A stretch of 64,000 nucleotides of DNA, taken from assembly GCA_964016885.1 (NCBI GenBank), contig OZ024754.1:13330001-13394000 (forward strand). Reading direction: 5' to 3'. The position numbers and the translations under genes were made by a program. Positions 1 to 12,191 of the stretch are shown in pieces; the first letter of the stretch is position 1; each line of letters starts with the position of its first letter. The notes beneath the pieces were generated by a model. That model was not told the DNA's origin and made no database searches. It worked only from the letters and a program-made list of their open reading frames with translations. The DNA is from Eledone cirrhosa (Eukaryota).

Positions 1-777
1 TTCTCTAACGTATTCTGAAATTCCGACAAATGATTAGCAAAAGCATGGAAAATGAAGACAAATTTTCTTTCTCAGTTCGGCGCTGACAATGTGAGTCAAG
101 TAATTGTATTAATTCTGCAATAAATGTAGATAAACTGGTTTTCACCATCCCTCCTGTACAATAATACAAGCTAATAAACAAGCGAATCCTGCCATGCAAC
201 AGCACCTCTATGTTCCATGCACCTCCCCCTATAAATTAATTTATCTGCTGAAAACATTAAATTATCACCAATGAACATTGCCACCGTTCGCCAGAATATT
301 TCGCTTGCTTACAACCAACACAACCAACATATACAAGAATTTTGATGCCCCCAAACGCCAGTTTTACAAATATACATCCATGTCTAACAAATTAAACCTA
401 TCCATCTTTTATTTATTTGTATTTCTTTTTATAATGTTCTAATCCTCCAAACAGCCGCTTATCTTTACCTAGCCCATCAACCAGTCCACTCATATATCTA
501 TATCCACTATCTACCAAATCTCAGCTTTCAAATAAAGCATATAAGAATGAAAGCAACGTCCATCCGATAAATAAATTACTCTGACCTCTCATACATCCGA
601 ACTAAATAAATATAATTCCATTACAAAAGATCCCAAAATCCGAAGATTCCCAACCGAGCAATAAATCTGTTTAGTCCATTTTAGAGATTAAAATTTCCAA
701 TAACTACAATCCATTTGTTACTTCACAAATGTGTTTGGTTCTTTCTCTAGTTTTTTTTAAATAATCACGTATAGTAT

Positions 778-846
<69 letters not shown>

Positions 847-1413
847 TGTATATAAAAACCGCGATAATATTGCTTTATGCTGAACTACATATCTTTTGTT
901 GACTTTTTTTTCGGAATGTTTTGACTGCTGTTTCTTATAAACAGACATTCGTCTCATTCTGACGTCACTAGCCCCGTCTCCATGTGTGTAATTCAATTCC
1001 ACACGAGGTTTGACTAGCCTGCTTTTAAATTCCCCTCTGGCATATTTTAGCTGTGGGTCTTAGTTAACGTGTTGTGCAGTTAACGTGTTGAGCACTACTG
1101 ACGAACGACTCCAACCGTGACTAACCCCACTGAAAAGTTTCGTGAAATACGTTTTTAAGACTATATAGTGTAGATTTTTCCAAATTGACGGATAAGTATT
1201 TACTCCTAATTTTATTTTGAGTTAAGATTCTATTGGTTTTTTCCCCGAATTACACAAAATCTGTGGATAAAATTTCTGGTCATGACTTCTTTTGAATTGG
1301 GATTAAATTATTTTCCCATATCTTACGTTAAATATTTTTCATCTTGACGTAATAGTCACTTATATGTCTGAATTACTGTTGGCTCCTTGCTTACATTAAT
1401 TTCTCTATTTTCA

Positions 1414-1507
1414 AGGTTAACTTTGCCTTTCATCCTTACGGGGTCGATAAAATAAAGTACCAGTAATGCACTGGTTACTTGCTGGCCTTGTGCCTAACGT
1501 AGAAACA
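1414..1507 (+). mobile_element. 5'-truncated tRNA-derived SINE (family A) with 19-bp TSD
   Basis: Contains the family core CTTTCATCCTTACGGGGTCGATAAAATAAAGTACCAG. Flanked by ATTAATTTCTCTATTTTCA at 1395-1413 and 1508-1526. Confidence 0.85.
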
Positions 1508-1560
1508 ATTAATTTCTCTATTTTCATTTATATATACTGTATATATATATATATATATAT

Positions 1561-1956
1561 ATAATGAAATAACAAGGGCGATTGGTTACTCCTTCATTAC
1601 TTTTATTGGTTGGTGACGCGCGTTTCGCCACTGATTAGCACATGGTTCGATCTGTATCGATCTGACCCGACTCTGTAATCCGCGGCGGGTCAAATCCCTT
1701 GTAATGTAATGTTAACATTACATGTTGTCTGACGAGCCGCGGATTACAGAGTCGGATCAGATCGATACAGATCGAACCATGAGCTAATCAGGGGCGAAAC
1801 GTGCATCACCAACCAATAAAAGTAATGAAGGAGTAACCAATCGTCCTTGTTATTTCATTATAATACACTCTGTCTAGCTCTATACCTCGACACTGAAGTG
1901 AACCTTAACATCGAGTGCTCACCCGGGTGAACCTACAGTAACTCCAAGTTACACTG

Positions 1957-1960
<4 letters not shown>
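1561..1960 (+). mobile_element. Hammerhead-bearing inverted-repeat element (Penelope-like pLTR type) in (TA)n
   Basis: 1561-1686 is the reverse complement of ~1736-1862. An extra ~95-bp tail follows the right arm only. Both ends abut (TA)n. Confidence 0.7.
1722..1815 (+). ncRNA. Type I hammerhead ribozyme motif (partly mutated)
   Basis: CTGACGA 1729-1735; long stem II GCCGCGGATTA...TAATCAGGGGC; GAAA 1796-1799. The inverted arm preserves GAAAC-GCGC-GTC (palindromic stem III, GUC site), while this copy reads GAAACGTGCATC. AATAAA follows. Confidence 0.65.
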
Positions 1961-2014
<54 letters not shown>

Positions 2015-2639
2015 AGTGGAAGTTAGTAAAATCGAAGTTGAGGTGCTCAGCCACCATCCACGAAAGAAACAATGTTCGGAAGCACTCAATAAGAAGATAT
2101 CGATAAGTTACATCTTAGAATAATAAACATACGTTAAATAGCGTGACAAATTGAAAACTGTAGTTTAAGGGACAAAGACACAGAAGCCACCACAACAACG
2201 AAAATACAATCAGGTTAAATAACAAACCTGGACCGTATCGAAGAATATTATACAATATTCTCGATTGGTTTCTTTGAATTCAAAATCAACAATCCAACTT
2301 GCACAATATGTAAGTCTGTGGCATTTGTAGACCAAAACGCGGACTCACGTTAGCAACAGGTTTCTGTTTCTTGCCTAGAACTTGGTGTGAAGCGTCGCAG
2401 TAAGTGACTGTAGTATCACACACTGCGACGCTGTGATTTGTTCATTCTCAAGTAGAGAAAGGAACACATCGGGTTTTTGGCGGGCAAATTCAAAGTGTGA
2501 TCAAAAGAATTGACTCCGTTCTACATCTACTGAATTCAAGCTCTCGACCAGGGTTATTAAACTAACACAAATAATTAATCACTCAATAACATCAACTAAT
2601 TAATTAATTAATTAATTAATTATTAAAGTTAGGAGAAAA

Positions 2640-2802
2640 TAATTGTTTCTATTTTAGGCACCAGGCCAGCAATTACCCAGTGTATTACTGGTACTTTATT
2701 TTATCGACCCCGTAAGGATGAAAGGCAAAGTCAACCTCGGCGGGATTTGAACTCAGATCGTAAAGGGTCGTAACTATGCTGGAAAGCATGGCGTCCGACC
2801 CT
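2640..2802 (-). mobile_element. tRNA-derived SINE (family A)
   Basis: Reverse complement contains B box GAGTTCAAATCC and the family core. Direct repeat TAGGAGAAAATAAT at 2630-2643 and 2802-2815. Confidence 0.85.
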
Positions 2803-2977
2803 AGGAGAAAATAATAAGAGTAGAAGTTAGTAAAATCGAAGTTGAGACGCTCGGCCAGGATCCACGAAAGAAAACGATATTCGGAGCTTTGCACGAAGCA
2901 CTCAATAAGAAGGTATAGATAAATCGATAAGTTACATCTTAGAGCAATAAACATACGTTAAATAGCGTGACAAATTG

Positions 2978-3046
<69 letters not shown>

Positions 3047-3259
3047 AAATGTAAATCTGAGTTTACATTTATCAATAATAATATTCGGTTCGTTCGTAAT
3101 TATACAAACAACCTCTTTAAGCCATGTCAGAAGAATGACCTCATCATTCTTGCTCTTGTGTTGGCATATAAACAGAACGGCAGACACTAATGTTTCTGGG
3201 TGGTTTACTACATACCACTTAAAGAGGCTGTTTGCATAATTGCAAACGAATCGAATATT

Positions 3260-3426
3260 TAGAGGGTCGGACGCCATGCTTTCTAGCATAGTTACGTCCC
3301 TTTACGATCTGAGTTCAAATCCCGCCGAGGTTGACTTTGCCTTTCATCCTTACGGGGTCGATAAAATAAAGTACCAGTAATGTACTGGATAATTGCTGGC
3401 CTTGTGCCTAAAGTAGAAACAATTAT
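3260..3426 (+). mobile_element. tRNA-derived SINE (family A)
   Basis: GAGTTCAAATCCCGCCGAGG B box, family core and GAAACAATTA 3' end. Confidence 0.85.
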
Positions 3427-3473
3427 CAATATTCGAAAAGCTCATATTTACATATCTTGTATTCAGAGTGATA

Positions 3474-3618
<145 letters not shown>

Positions 3619-3711
3619 GTTCACTGTTCACCTGCCAACTGTCAGAGCTAGTGAAAATATATGATATTTTCTAAAGTTTACAGTGACTCATCAGCCTGAT
3701 TTGCATATTAG

Positions 3712-3764
3712 CAGACTGTACTGATGAAGGGTAATAACCAGAAATATTAGTGTCTGCAGTTCTG
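3712..3764 (+). ncRNA. Type I hammerhead ribozyme motif
   Basis: Stem I CAG-ACTGTA / TGCAGT-T-CTG; CTGATGA 3721-3727; stem II GGT-AATA-ACC with an imperfect base; GAAA 3741-3744; stem III ATA-TTAG-TGT; GUC triplet. Confidence 0.65.
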
Positions 3765-4388
3765 TTTACATGCCAACGCAAATACAAAAACAATGGTTTT
3801 TTTTAATGAGCACCTCTGGAGTGCGTGGCCCTAAACTATAACTTATTTAGCTTATATGTAAGTCCAGCACAGCAGACGCACGTGATTTACATGGGGGCGC
3901 AGGGTCGCTCTGGAAACAGCTTAAACCACTTACCAATAGAAAAAAACAAATGATTGCTGGTCACACAGATATCCATATAGATCCCGTAACAGGTGAAACT
4001 ACCATCGATAACCAAGTTAAATCTCAATCCATTTCCACACAAAGAAGATTCCGATCTACATAATATACTTAATACTTCTGGTCCACATAATTCTCAGATG
4101 GCAACTAAAATCTTTAATCTTTAGAATAATAGATAAAAACTTTCCTCCCTCCCATAGTTATCACAAGATCGTCAACAGAACAACTATACATATGTATATA
4201 TGGTAGGCTTCTGCCATACATAGATGTTTGTGGCTAGCGGGTGCGCATGTGTGCGAACATAAACCATTCTTGTTTTTATGTAACATTTGATAAAACGCCT
4301 TTGAATAAGTTCCTTTCTTCTCATCCTTCTCTCCCTGTCCTTAAATATCTTATATATCTGACATTTGTACTTTCAATCCTATTTCTCT

Positions 4389-4467
<79 letters not shown>

Positions 4468-4539
4468 GCTGGTTCTCTTCCTCGTCCTATATCTCTCTTT
4501 CTCTTCCTCGTTCTCTCTTCCTCACTCTCTTTCTCTGTC

Positions 4540-4579
<40 letters not shown>

Positions 4580-4629
4580 GTTTTCTTCCTCGTTTTATCC
4601 CTCTCTCCCTCTCTCTCTTCCTCGTTCTC

Positions 4630-4687
<58 letters not shown>

Positions 4688-4708
4688 TAGTTCTCTTTCT
4701 CGTTTTAT

Positions 4709-4757
<49 letters not shown>

Positions 4758-5185
4758 CCAGTTCTCTTCCTCGTTTTATCCCTCCCTCTCTCTCTCTCTT
4801 CCTCGCTCCCCCCACTCTCTCTCCTCTTACTTGATGTTTTAATCTACTTCTGTAAATTTAACTACAAATCCCTCTGCAACACCGACGCCGCTATCTCATG
4901 TTTCACATGTAGTTTATACTATGACATGGCATAACTTGTTATCTTATCTCATGTGATATATCACCTGAACTTCAATACAATAGATAGCGTTTATTTGAAG
5001 AGCGCCCCCCCACCCCCCCACCCCCACCCCCCACCCCACACACACACCTCCACCACCACTACCACCACCACTACCACCACCCCCACTCTCCAACAACTTT
5101 TATTTTGATCCATTCCATTTCTTAACGTTTGATATATAACGTCTTATGCTTTCTCACCAAACTATGTTTAACAGATAATATTTAC

Positions 5186-5217
<32 letters not shown>

Positions 5218-5218
<1 letters not shown>

Positions 5219-6169
5219 CAGAAAAACACAGAAAAAGCAAAGCAGGTAAAAGTAACTGCAAAGAAAGAACTGCTACAGAAACTGGCTAAGAAATGGCAAG
5301 AAAAGCCTCTGTATGGAAAATACCCAGAACGAGCTAACAATCCTGGTGTTGACAAAACTTTAACCCATCAGTGGTTGGCATCCTCTGGACTGAAATCGGA
5401 GACTGAAGGACTGATTATATCGGCACAAGATCAGTGTCTGCCAACAAAAAATTACCAAGCCAACATAATAAAAAATGGATGCAGCCCATTATGCCGTGTA
5501 TGCAAAAAACAACCAGAGACCATTGACCATATAATTTCAATGTGCAGTCCTATAGCTCCAACCGAATACCTAAACAGGCATGACAGAGCTTCACAATACA
5601 TACATTGGATAATGTGTAAGCATTTTGACCTGCCCCATCAAAAGAATTGGTGGGAGCATCAACCACCTCCCATACTTGAAAAAGATCACATCTCAATCTT
5701 GTGGAACTTTAGCATCCAAACAGACCGAAAAATAGATGCAAATAGACCTGATATAATATTGAAGGACTTTAAAAAGAGGGTATGCCTGCTAATTGATATG
5801 TCCGTCCCAATAGACAATAATGTATCTATAAAAACATTGAAAAATTGAGATAGAAATTGGAAAAATGTGGAAATTGAGAACTAAAACAATACCAGTGGTT
5901 GGGAATGATACCTAAGGGGTCTAATGATTACTTATCGCAAATCCCAGGAAACCCGCGTATAGGAGAAATACAAAAGATAGTACTAATGGGAACTGCCCAT
6001 ATACTAAGGAAGATTCTGTCAATATAAGTACATCACAAGTCTAAACACTAAGGATGCATGTGTGAGTATGTATGTTCTTTCTTGAACATGGCGGACATTG
6101 TTGTCTCTTGAGGTCACTGGTTGTGACTTGGTGATAACTCGTATGAACATAAAGCAAGATAAATGCAAC

Positions 6170-6170
<1 letters not shown>
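5218..6170 (+). mobile_element. 5'-truncated RLE non-LTR retrotransposon (R4/Dong-like, second family) between (TAA)n tracts
   Basis: Translation shows LKSETEGLIISAQDQ, CCHC knuckle CRVC...HIISMC, RHD and RPDIIL...LLIDM (restriction-like endonuclease). Frameshift near 5845. (TAA)n on both sides. Confidence 0.85.
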
Positions 6171-6230
<60 letters not shown>

Positions 6231-6231
<1 letters not shown>

Positions 6232-6749
6232 GTAAACAATTTACCACATACTGAGAAGTGGTATGAGCATAAGCCAGAGTCGGTGATAGAAAACGATCAG
6301 GTGAAGGTGCTGTGGGATTTTAGGATACAGACGGACAAGAAACTGGAACACAATACATCTGACCTGGTGGTTTTGGACAAGGAAAAAAGATCGTTCCTGA
6401 TTGTGGATGTGGCCTGCCCATTCGACACGAGAGTGCAAGAGAAGGAGAGGGAGAAAATTAACCGATACCAGGACTTAAAGTGGGAGGTAAAAATGATTTG
6501 GAACTGCCATGAAGTCAAAGTGGTCCCGATTGTCATAGGCGCACTAGGTACTATCTCAAAAAGTTTCCAGGGATGGTTAAAGAAAATTGGCCCCGTCACG
6601 CTTTTTGGAACGCTTCAATAGGCATGCTTGCTGGGAACAGTAAGAACCCTCCGATACGTCCTGAATATCTGAGGCTGCAGGTAGTGGCTTGATATTCATT
6701 TCAACAAACTCTCCAGTTAACTAACATCAATGACTGAGACTCAAAGAAC

Positions 6750-6750
<1 letters not shown>
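6231..6750 (+). mobile_element. 5'-truncated copy of the 8520-11912 R4/Dong-like element
   Basis: Near-identical to 11471-11990 (RLE domain and 3' UTR), with a premature stop at 6619-6621. Flanked by (TAA)n. Confidence 0.92.
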
Positions 6751-6784
<34 letters not shown>

Positions 6785-6976
6785 TAATAATAATAATAAT
6801 AATAATAATAAGGGAAGAAGACGCACGAGGTGACGGAGGTCATGAAATCGCTCCCGTAAGTTTTGAATTTTTAACATATTTAAATCATTTGTGAAATAAC
6901 AACTCTTAGTACAAATGCTACGTAAAGCACCCGGCTTGAGCCCCAAAAAATTCGGACCCAAAATATATTGTTATAA

Positions 6977-7950
6977 GGCTCAAATATTCAAATATTCAAC
7001 TTTGTATTGTACACTGTATATCCAAAAAAAAATGGCTATAAATGGAAGAAGAAGAACCCCCCCCCCCTCCTCTCCTCTGGCTACACTATATAGGACAGCT
7101 AAACTCACCAACACCAGAAACTAGATACACCGCCCACCCCATCATCTGTGTACACTAAACACAACAGCATTTTCACCTTCACCGCCACCGCTCACTACGG
7201 CCATCATTACCACCACTATCCCATCACCGCCGCCACCACCCCTTGACTCCTTCACTGCTGCTGCCACCGCTACAGCACCATCACTACAGTAATACGGCTC
7301 AAATATTCAAATATTCAACTTTGTATTGTACACTGTATATCCAAAAAAAAAAAATAAAATGGCTATAAATGGAAGAAGAAGAACCCCCCCCCCCCTCCTC
7401 TCCTCTGGCTACACTATATAGGACAGCGAAACTCACCAACACCAGAAACTAGATACACCACCCACCCCATCATCTGTGTACACTAAACACAACAGCATTT
7501 TCACCTTCACCGCCACCGCTCACTACGGCCATCATTACCACCACTATCCCATCACCGCCGCCACCACCCCTTGACTCCTTCACTGCTGCTGCCACCGCTA
7601 CAGCACCATCACTACAGTAATACGGCTCAAATATTCAAATATTCAACTTTGTATTGTACACTGTATATCCCCCCAAAAAAATAAAATGGCTATAAATGGA
7701 AGAAGAAGAACCCCCCCCCCTCCTCTCCTCTGGCTACACTATATAGGACAGCGAAACTCACCAACACCAGAAACTAGATACACCACCCACCCCATCATCT
7801 GTGTACACTAAACACAACAGCATTTTCACCTTCACCGCCACCGCTCACTACGGCCATCATTACCACCACTATCCCATCACCGCCGCCACCACCCCCTGAC
7901 TCCTTCACTGCTGCTGCCACCGCTACAGCACCATCACTACAGTAATACGG
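6977..7950. repeat. Tandem triplication of a ~320-330-bp unit
   Basis: Units start GGCTCAAATATTCAAATATTC at 6977, 7296 and 7624. They differ mainly in homopolymer lengths. Confidence 0.92.
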
Positions 7951-8519
7951 TCGCATCACCGCCACCACTGCCTCGGTATCGACATCACCGCCACCACTGT
8001 CTCAGTATCGCCAACGCCGCTAGTCTCTGCTGGCTACCACTTCCACATTATAGAATTCCTACTACCAACAAAGAGGAAGGCATCAAAATATATAGATAGA
8101 CTCAAAAGAAAAAAGAAAAAACAAACAACAAAAGCAGCACAGCAACAACAGTAAAAAACGAGAAAAACAGAGAAAAACAAAAACAAAAAAAGAAACCCCA
8201 AAAACGTAAAGAAAATAAGAATGAAGAGAGAAGCAGGCGGACGGACAGAGAAGAGGGGGGAAAAAGTAAAACTTAAAAAACAAAAACTAAGTCAGACATT
8301 CGAATACTACATTACAATGAAACTTATGCTTATTCATTTTTGGGGCCCTTTCTGCCCGTGTGTTTGTTTGTTTATGTGTGTCCGTATACAGCGTGGTGAT
8401 AATGCCACACAAGGGCCAAGTGGGATGGCGGATCCACAGATGGCTATGTAAACATACATTCGCCAATCCTCGATAAGAGTGTTTAAATATCGAACATAAA
8501 CAGTTCGAATAACGATGAA

Positions 8520-11500
8520 ATGGAGACTAGAACGTCATGTGACAGACTCTCACCCAACAGGTGCCCCCTGGCTCAGCAGCAGGAACCTGACTGTCAACGA
8601 AATACTGCTGATGTTGGAGGAAGAAGAAGAAGGAAAGGGACCAGAACCAACTGGACGAAAGAATTGAATAGAACTGTTATGCAATGCTACCTGAAAAGTA
8701 ACCCCAAGGAGAGGGGCTACAGGAGACGGATGCATAACATCTGGAACGAGATTGGTTTATTTAAATTAGATGAACAAAAATTGGCCGGGCAGGCTCGGGT
8801 AATAAGAACTAATGGGTGGATAAGCGAGCTGGAACTGGAGGAACTGAGCAGAGAGAATGGCTTGGAGATGGCGGGTGTAGTATGCCAGACAAGCGAGCCG
8901 GCGGGAAATGAAGGTGAGGAGGTCCTGAGAGCGGAGGAACCACCCGAAGCAGACAATGATCTGAATACTGAGATAAATAATACCTGGAACAGAGATACGG
9001 CCACTGAGGAGATGAATGCTGACGGGCTAGGACAAGATTCGGTTGACATCCTAAATTTAGTGGTAGATGAGTTGAACAATGATAGTGGGAGACCTATGAA
9101 CCTAAGATTTGTAGACAGGAAAAAGTTAAAAGAAACAACAGCTAAGGTAAACAAAGTCATCCCATACCTTGAGGCGAGGAGTCTTCACCAGTGCAACAAT
9201 ATCCTCAAAGCAACAGCAAATACGGTGAGGAAACTACTTGGTATAAAAGCGAGAGGAAACAACAGACAAGAAAGAGCAGAGCTGTGGTGGAAGAAGCGAC
9301 TGAGTGGGCAAATCGGGGAAATGAGAAATGACATAGGAAAGCTTGAGTCACTACTGAATGGGACACTAAAAAACATAGGCACTAAAAATAGACTGGAAAT
9401 AAAATACAAAACTAGGAGTAAAAAGCTAAATATTATCATAGAGGAATTGAAGCAACGCATTGTAGCAAAGAGTGCCAAAATCAGGCGATACGAGAACAGA
9501 GTCAGTCAGTATAAACAGAACCGCATGTTCGACAACAACCAGAAGATGCTGTTTGGACAGCTTGAGGGGAAAGAAAGAGGCACCGACTTGATCCCTGGGG
9601 CGGAACAAGCTAAAACATTCTGGAGAGGAATATGGGAGCAGGATGTTAGACACAATGCCCAGGCAGGGTGGATTGAGACAGTACAGAGGGAGATCGGTGA
9701 GCAGGCACAGCAACAGACTGATTTGAGTATCACAGTTGAAACTCTTAAGGGGCAAGCCAAAAAACTAACCAACTGGAAATCACCAGGCCCAGATGGTGTG
9801 CAGGGGTATTGGATTAAACATTTAACATCCCTCCACCCGAAGCTGACGGCCATGTTCAATGACTGCTTGGTGTCGGGTGAGGTGCCAGAGTGGTTGACAA
9901 AAGGTACCACAGTTCTGATAATGAAAGACCGAATCAAGGGTAATGATGTTACCAACTATAGACCTATCACATGTCTGCCCGTAATGTGGAAACTGTTGAC
10001 GAGCATTGTGTCTGAGGAAATCTACCATCACCTCCACACAAACAACTTGTTGCCGGACGAACAGAAAGGATGCCGAAAGAAGTCACGTGGTACAAAGGAC
10101 CAGTTGCTTATTGATAAGATGGTAATGGGGAATTGCAGGAGGAGACACACTGATCTTGCCATGGGATGGATAGACTACAGAAAGGCATTTGACATGGTGC
10201 CTCATTCCTGGATCACCAAAAGCCTGGAGATCTTCAGGGTGGCAGATAACATCAGAAAGTTGCTGGGCAGGAGTATGGGGTCCTGGGAAACAGAGTTGAC
10301 ATCAACTGGAGTATCCTTGGGAAGCGTGAAGATCAAGAGAGGTATCTTCCAGGGAGATAGCCTGTCCCCTCTGTTGTTTGTCCTTGCCCTGATGCCCTTG
10401 ACCATTATGCTGCGAAAAGTGAGAGCAGGATACAAGTTGGGAAGGGGAGAGCTTACCATCAATCACCTCCTCTTCATGGACGATCTTAAGCTCTTCGGGA
10501 AAAGTGAGAAGGAGTTGGATGTGCTTGTTGACACTGTCCGTATTTTCAGCAGTGATATATGTATGCAGTTTGGTATTGGTAAATGTGGAGTCATTGTGAT
10601 GAGGAGGGGTAGGTTGAGCAGAAGTAACGGGATCCAGATACCAACAGGTGAGATGATAAAGGAAATTGACTCTGAGGAAGGATACAAGTATTTGGGCGTT
10701 CTGGAGGCTGATGGCATAAAGAACAAAAAAATGAAGGAATTGTTAAGAACTGAATACATTCGGAGAGTAAGGAGCGTATTGAAGTCACATCTGAACAGCA
10801 GAAATGCCATAAGCGCAGTAAATTCCCGAGCTGTGTCTATTATTAGGTACAGTGCGGGAATTCTGAGATGGAATGTTGCTGAACAAAAAGAAATGGATAG
10901 GAAGACTAGGAAGCTATTGACTATCTACAACATGTTCCACAAGAGGAGTGATGTCGATAGACTCTACCTAAGGAGATCTGAGGGTGGAAGAGGTCTTATC
11001 AGCATAGAGGACTGTGTTCGGATGGAGAAAAACAACCTATACAAATACGTGACCTATAGTAAGGAGCCAATGCTCAGAGCTGTACTGAAGGAGGGGACAG
11101 TAGGCCAGGGGATATCCAAGGAGGAAATAACATCAAGGAGGAAGAGCAGCCTTAAGGGAAAATCCCTTCATAGTACCTTCTTTGAGAAAACTGAATTTAG
11201 AGATCCACAGACATGGAACTGGTTGAGAAGAGGAGACCTCAAAAAGGCTACAGAAGGAATGCTAATGGCTGCGCAGGAGCAGGCCCTCAAAACGAAGTGG
11301 TTGAAGCACCATATCTACAAGGAGGAGGCTAGCCCACTGTGCAGGATCTGTGGAGAGAGAGAGGAGACTGTGGCTCACATTGTGTCCGAGTGTAAACACC
11401 TAGCCCAGACCCACTATAAGGGCTGGAGACACGATGTGATGGGCAGGGTGATCCACTGGCACCTGTGCAAAGTAAACAATCTACCACATTCTGAGAAATG

Positions 11501-11912
11501 GTATGAGCATAGGCCAGAGGCGGTGATGGAGAACAGTCAGGTGAAGGTGCTGTGGGATTTTAGGATACAGACGGACAAAAAACTGGAACACAATAGACCT
11601 GACCTGGTGGTTGTGGACAAAGAAAAAAGATCGTGCCTGATTGTGGATGTGGCCTGCCCGTTCGACACGAGAGTGCAAGAGAAGGAGAGGGAGAAAATTA
11701 ACCGATACCAGGACCTAAAGTGGGAGGTGAAAAGGATTTGGAACTGCCATGAAGTCAAAGTGATCCCGATTGTCATAGGCGCACTGGGGACTATCTCCAA
11801 AGGTTTCCAGGGATGGTTAAAGAAAATCGGCCCCTTCACGCTTTTTGGAACGCTTCAAAAGGCATGCTTGCTTGGAACGGCAAGAACCCTCCGATACGTC
11901 CTGAATATCTGA
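8520..11912 (+). CDS. Reverse transcriptase / restriction-like endonuclease polyprotein of an R4/Dong-like non-LTR retrotransposon (intact, 1130 aa)
   Basis: RT motifs KSPGPDG, NYRPITCL, IDYRKAFD, GIFQGDSLSP, LFMDD, YKYLG, GGRGL; CCHC CRICGEREETVAHIVSEC; RHD; RPD...IVDV...EK RLE. Short 3' UTR then (TAA)n at ~11990-12060. Confidence 0.95.
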   Translation: METRTSCDRLSPNRCPLAQQQEPDCQRNTADVGGRRRRKGTRTNWTKELNRTVMQCYLKSNPKERGYRRRMHNIWNEIGLFKLDEQKLAGQARVIRTNGWISELELEELSRENGLEMAGVVCQTSEPAGNEGEEVLRAEEPPEADNDLNTEINNTWNRDTATEEMNADGLGQDSVDILNLVVDELNNDSGRPMNLRFVDRKKLKETTAKVNKVIPYLEARSLHQCNNILKATANTVRKLLGIKARGNNRQERAELWWKKRLSGQIGEMRNDIGKLESLLNGTLKNIGTKNRLEIKYKTRSKKLNIIIEELKQRIVAKSAKIRRYENRVSQYKQNRMFDNNQKMLFGQLEGKERGTDLIPGAEQAKTFWRGIWEQDVRHNAQAGWIETVQREIGEQAQQQTDLSITVETLKGQAKKLTNWKSPGPDGVQGYWIKHLTSLHPKLTAMFNDCLVSGEVPEWLTKGTTVLIMKDRIKGNDVTNYRPITCLPVMWKLLTSIVSEEIYHHLHTNNLLPDEQKGCRKKSRGTKDQLLIDKMVMGNCRRRHTDLAMGWIDYRKAFDMVPHSWITKSLEIFRVADNIRKLLGRSMGSWETELTSTGVSLGSVKIKRGIFQGDSLSPLLFVLALMPLTIMLRKVRAGYKLGRGELTINHLLFMDDLKLFGKSEKELDVLVDTVRIFSSDICMQFGIGKCGVIVMRRGRLSRSNGIQIPTGEMIKEIDSEEGYKYLGVLEADGIKNKKMKELLRTEYIRRVRSVLKSHLNSRNAISAVNSRAVSIIRYSAGILRWNVAEQKEMDRKTRKLLTIYNMFHKRSDVDRLYLRRSEGGRGLISIEDCVRMEKNNLYKYVTYSKEPMLRAVLKEGTVGQGISKEEITSRRKSSLKGKSLHSTFFEKTEFRDPQTWNWLRRGDLKKATEGMLMAAQEQALKTKWLKHHIYKEEASPLCRICGEREETVAHIVSECKHLAQTHYKGWRHDVMGRVIHWHLCKVNNLPHSEKWYEHRPEAVMENSQVKVLWDFRIQTDKKLEHNRPDLVVVDKEKRSCLIVDVACPFDTRVQEKEREKINRYQDLKWEVKRIWNCHEVKVIPIVIGALGTISKGFQGWLKKIGPFTLFGTLQKACLLGTARTLRYVLNI

Positions 11913-11986
11913 GGCTGCAGGTAGTGGCTTGATATTCAATCCAACGGACTTTCCAGTTAACCAACATCAATGACTGAGATTCAAGG

Positions 11987-11998
11987 AATAACAATAAC

Positions 11999-12088
<90 letters not shown>

Positions 12089-12191
12089 AAGAAGAAGAAG
12101 AAGAAGAAGAAGAAGAAGAAGAAGAAGAAGAAGAAGAAGAAGAAGAAGAAGAAGAAGAAGAAGAAGAAGAAGAAGAAGAAGAAGAAGAAGA
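11987..12191. repeat. (TAA)n followed by (GAA)n microsatellite
   Basis: Direct inspection. Confidence 0.95.

Noticed and set aside
1092-1170. Hammerhead-like CTGACGA-ACGA...TCGT-GAAA-TACGT
   Set aside because: No adjacent stem I pairing; at best a decayed copy.
8370-8519. HDV-like ribozyme in the 5' UTR of the R4/Dong-like element
   Set aside because: A stem GGCGGAT/ATTCGCC and a TCCTCG are present, but I could not build the nested double pseudoknot. Needs a descriptor search.
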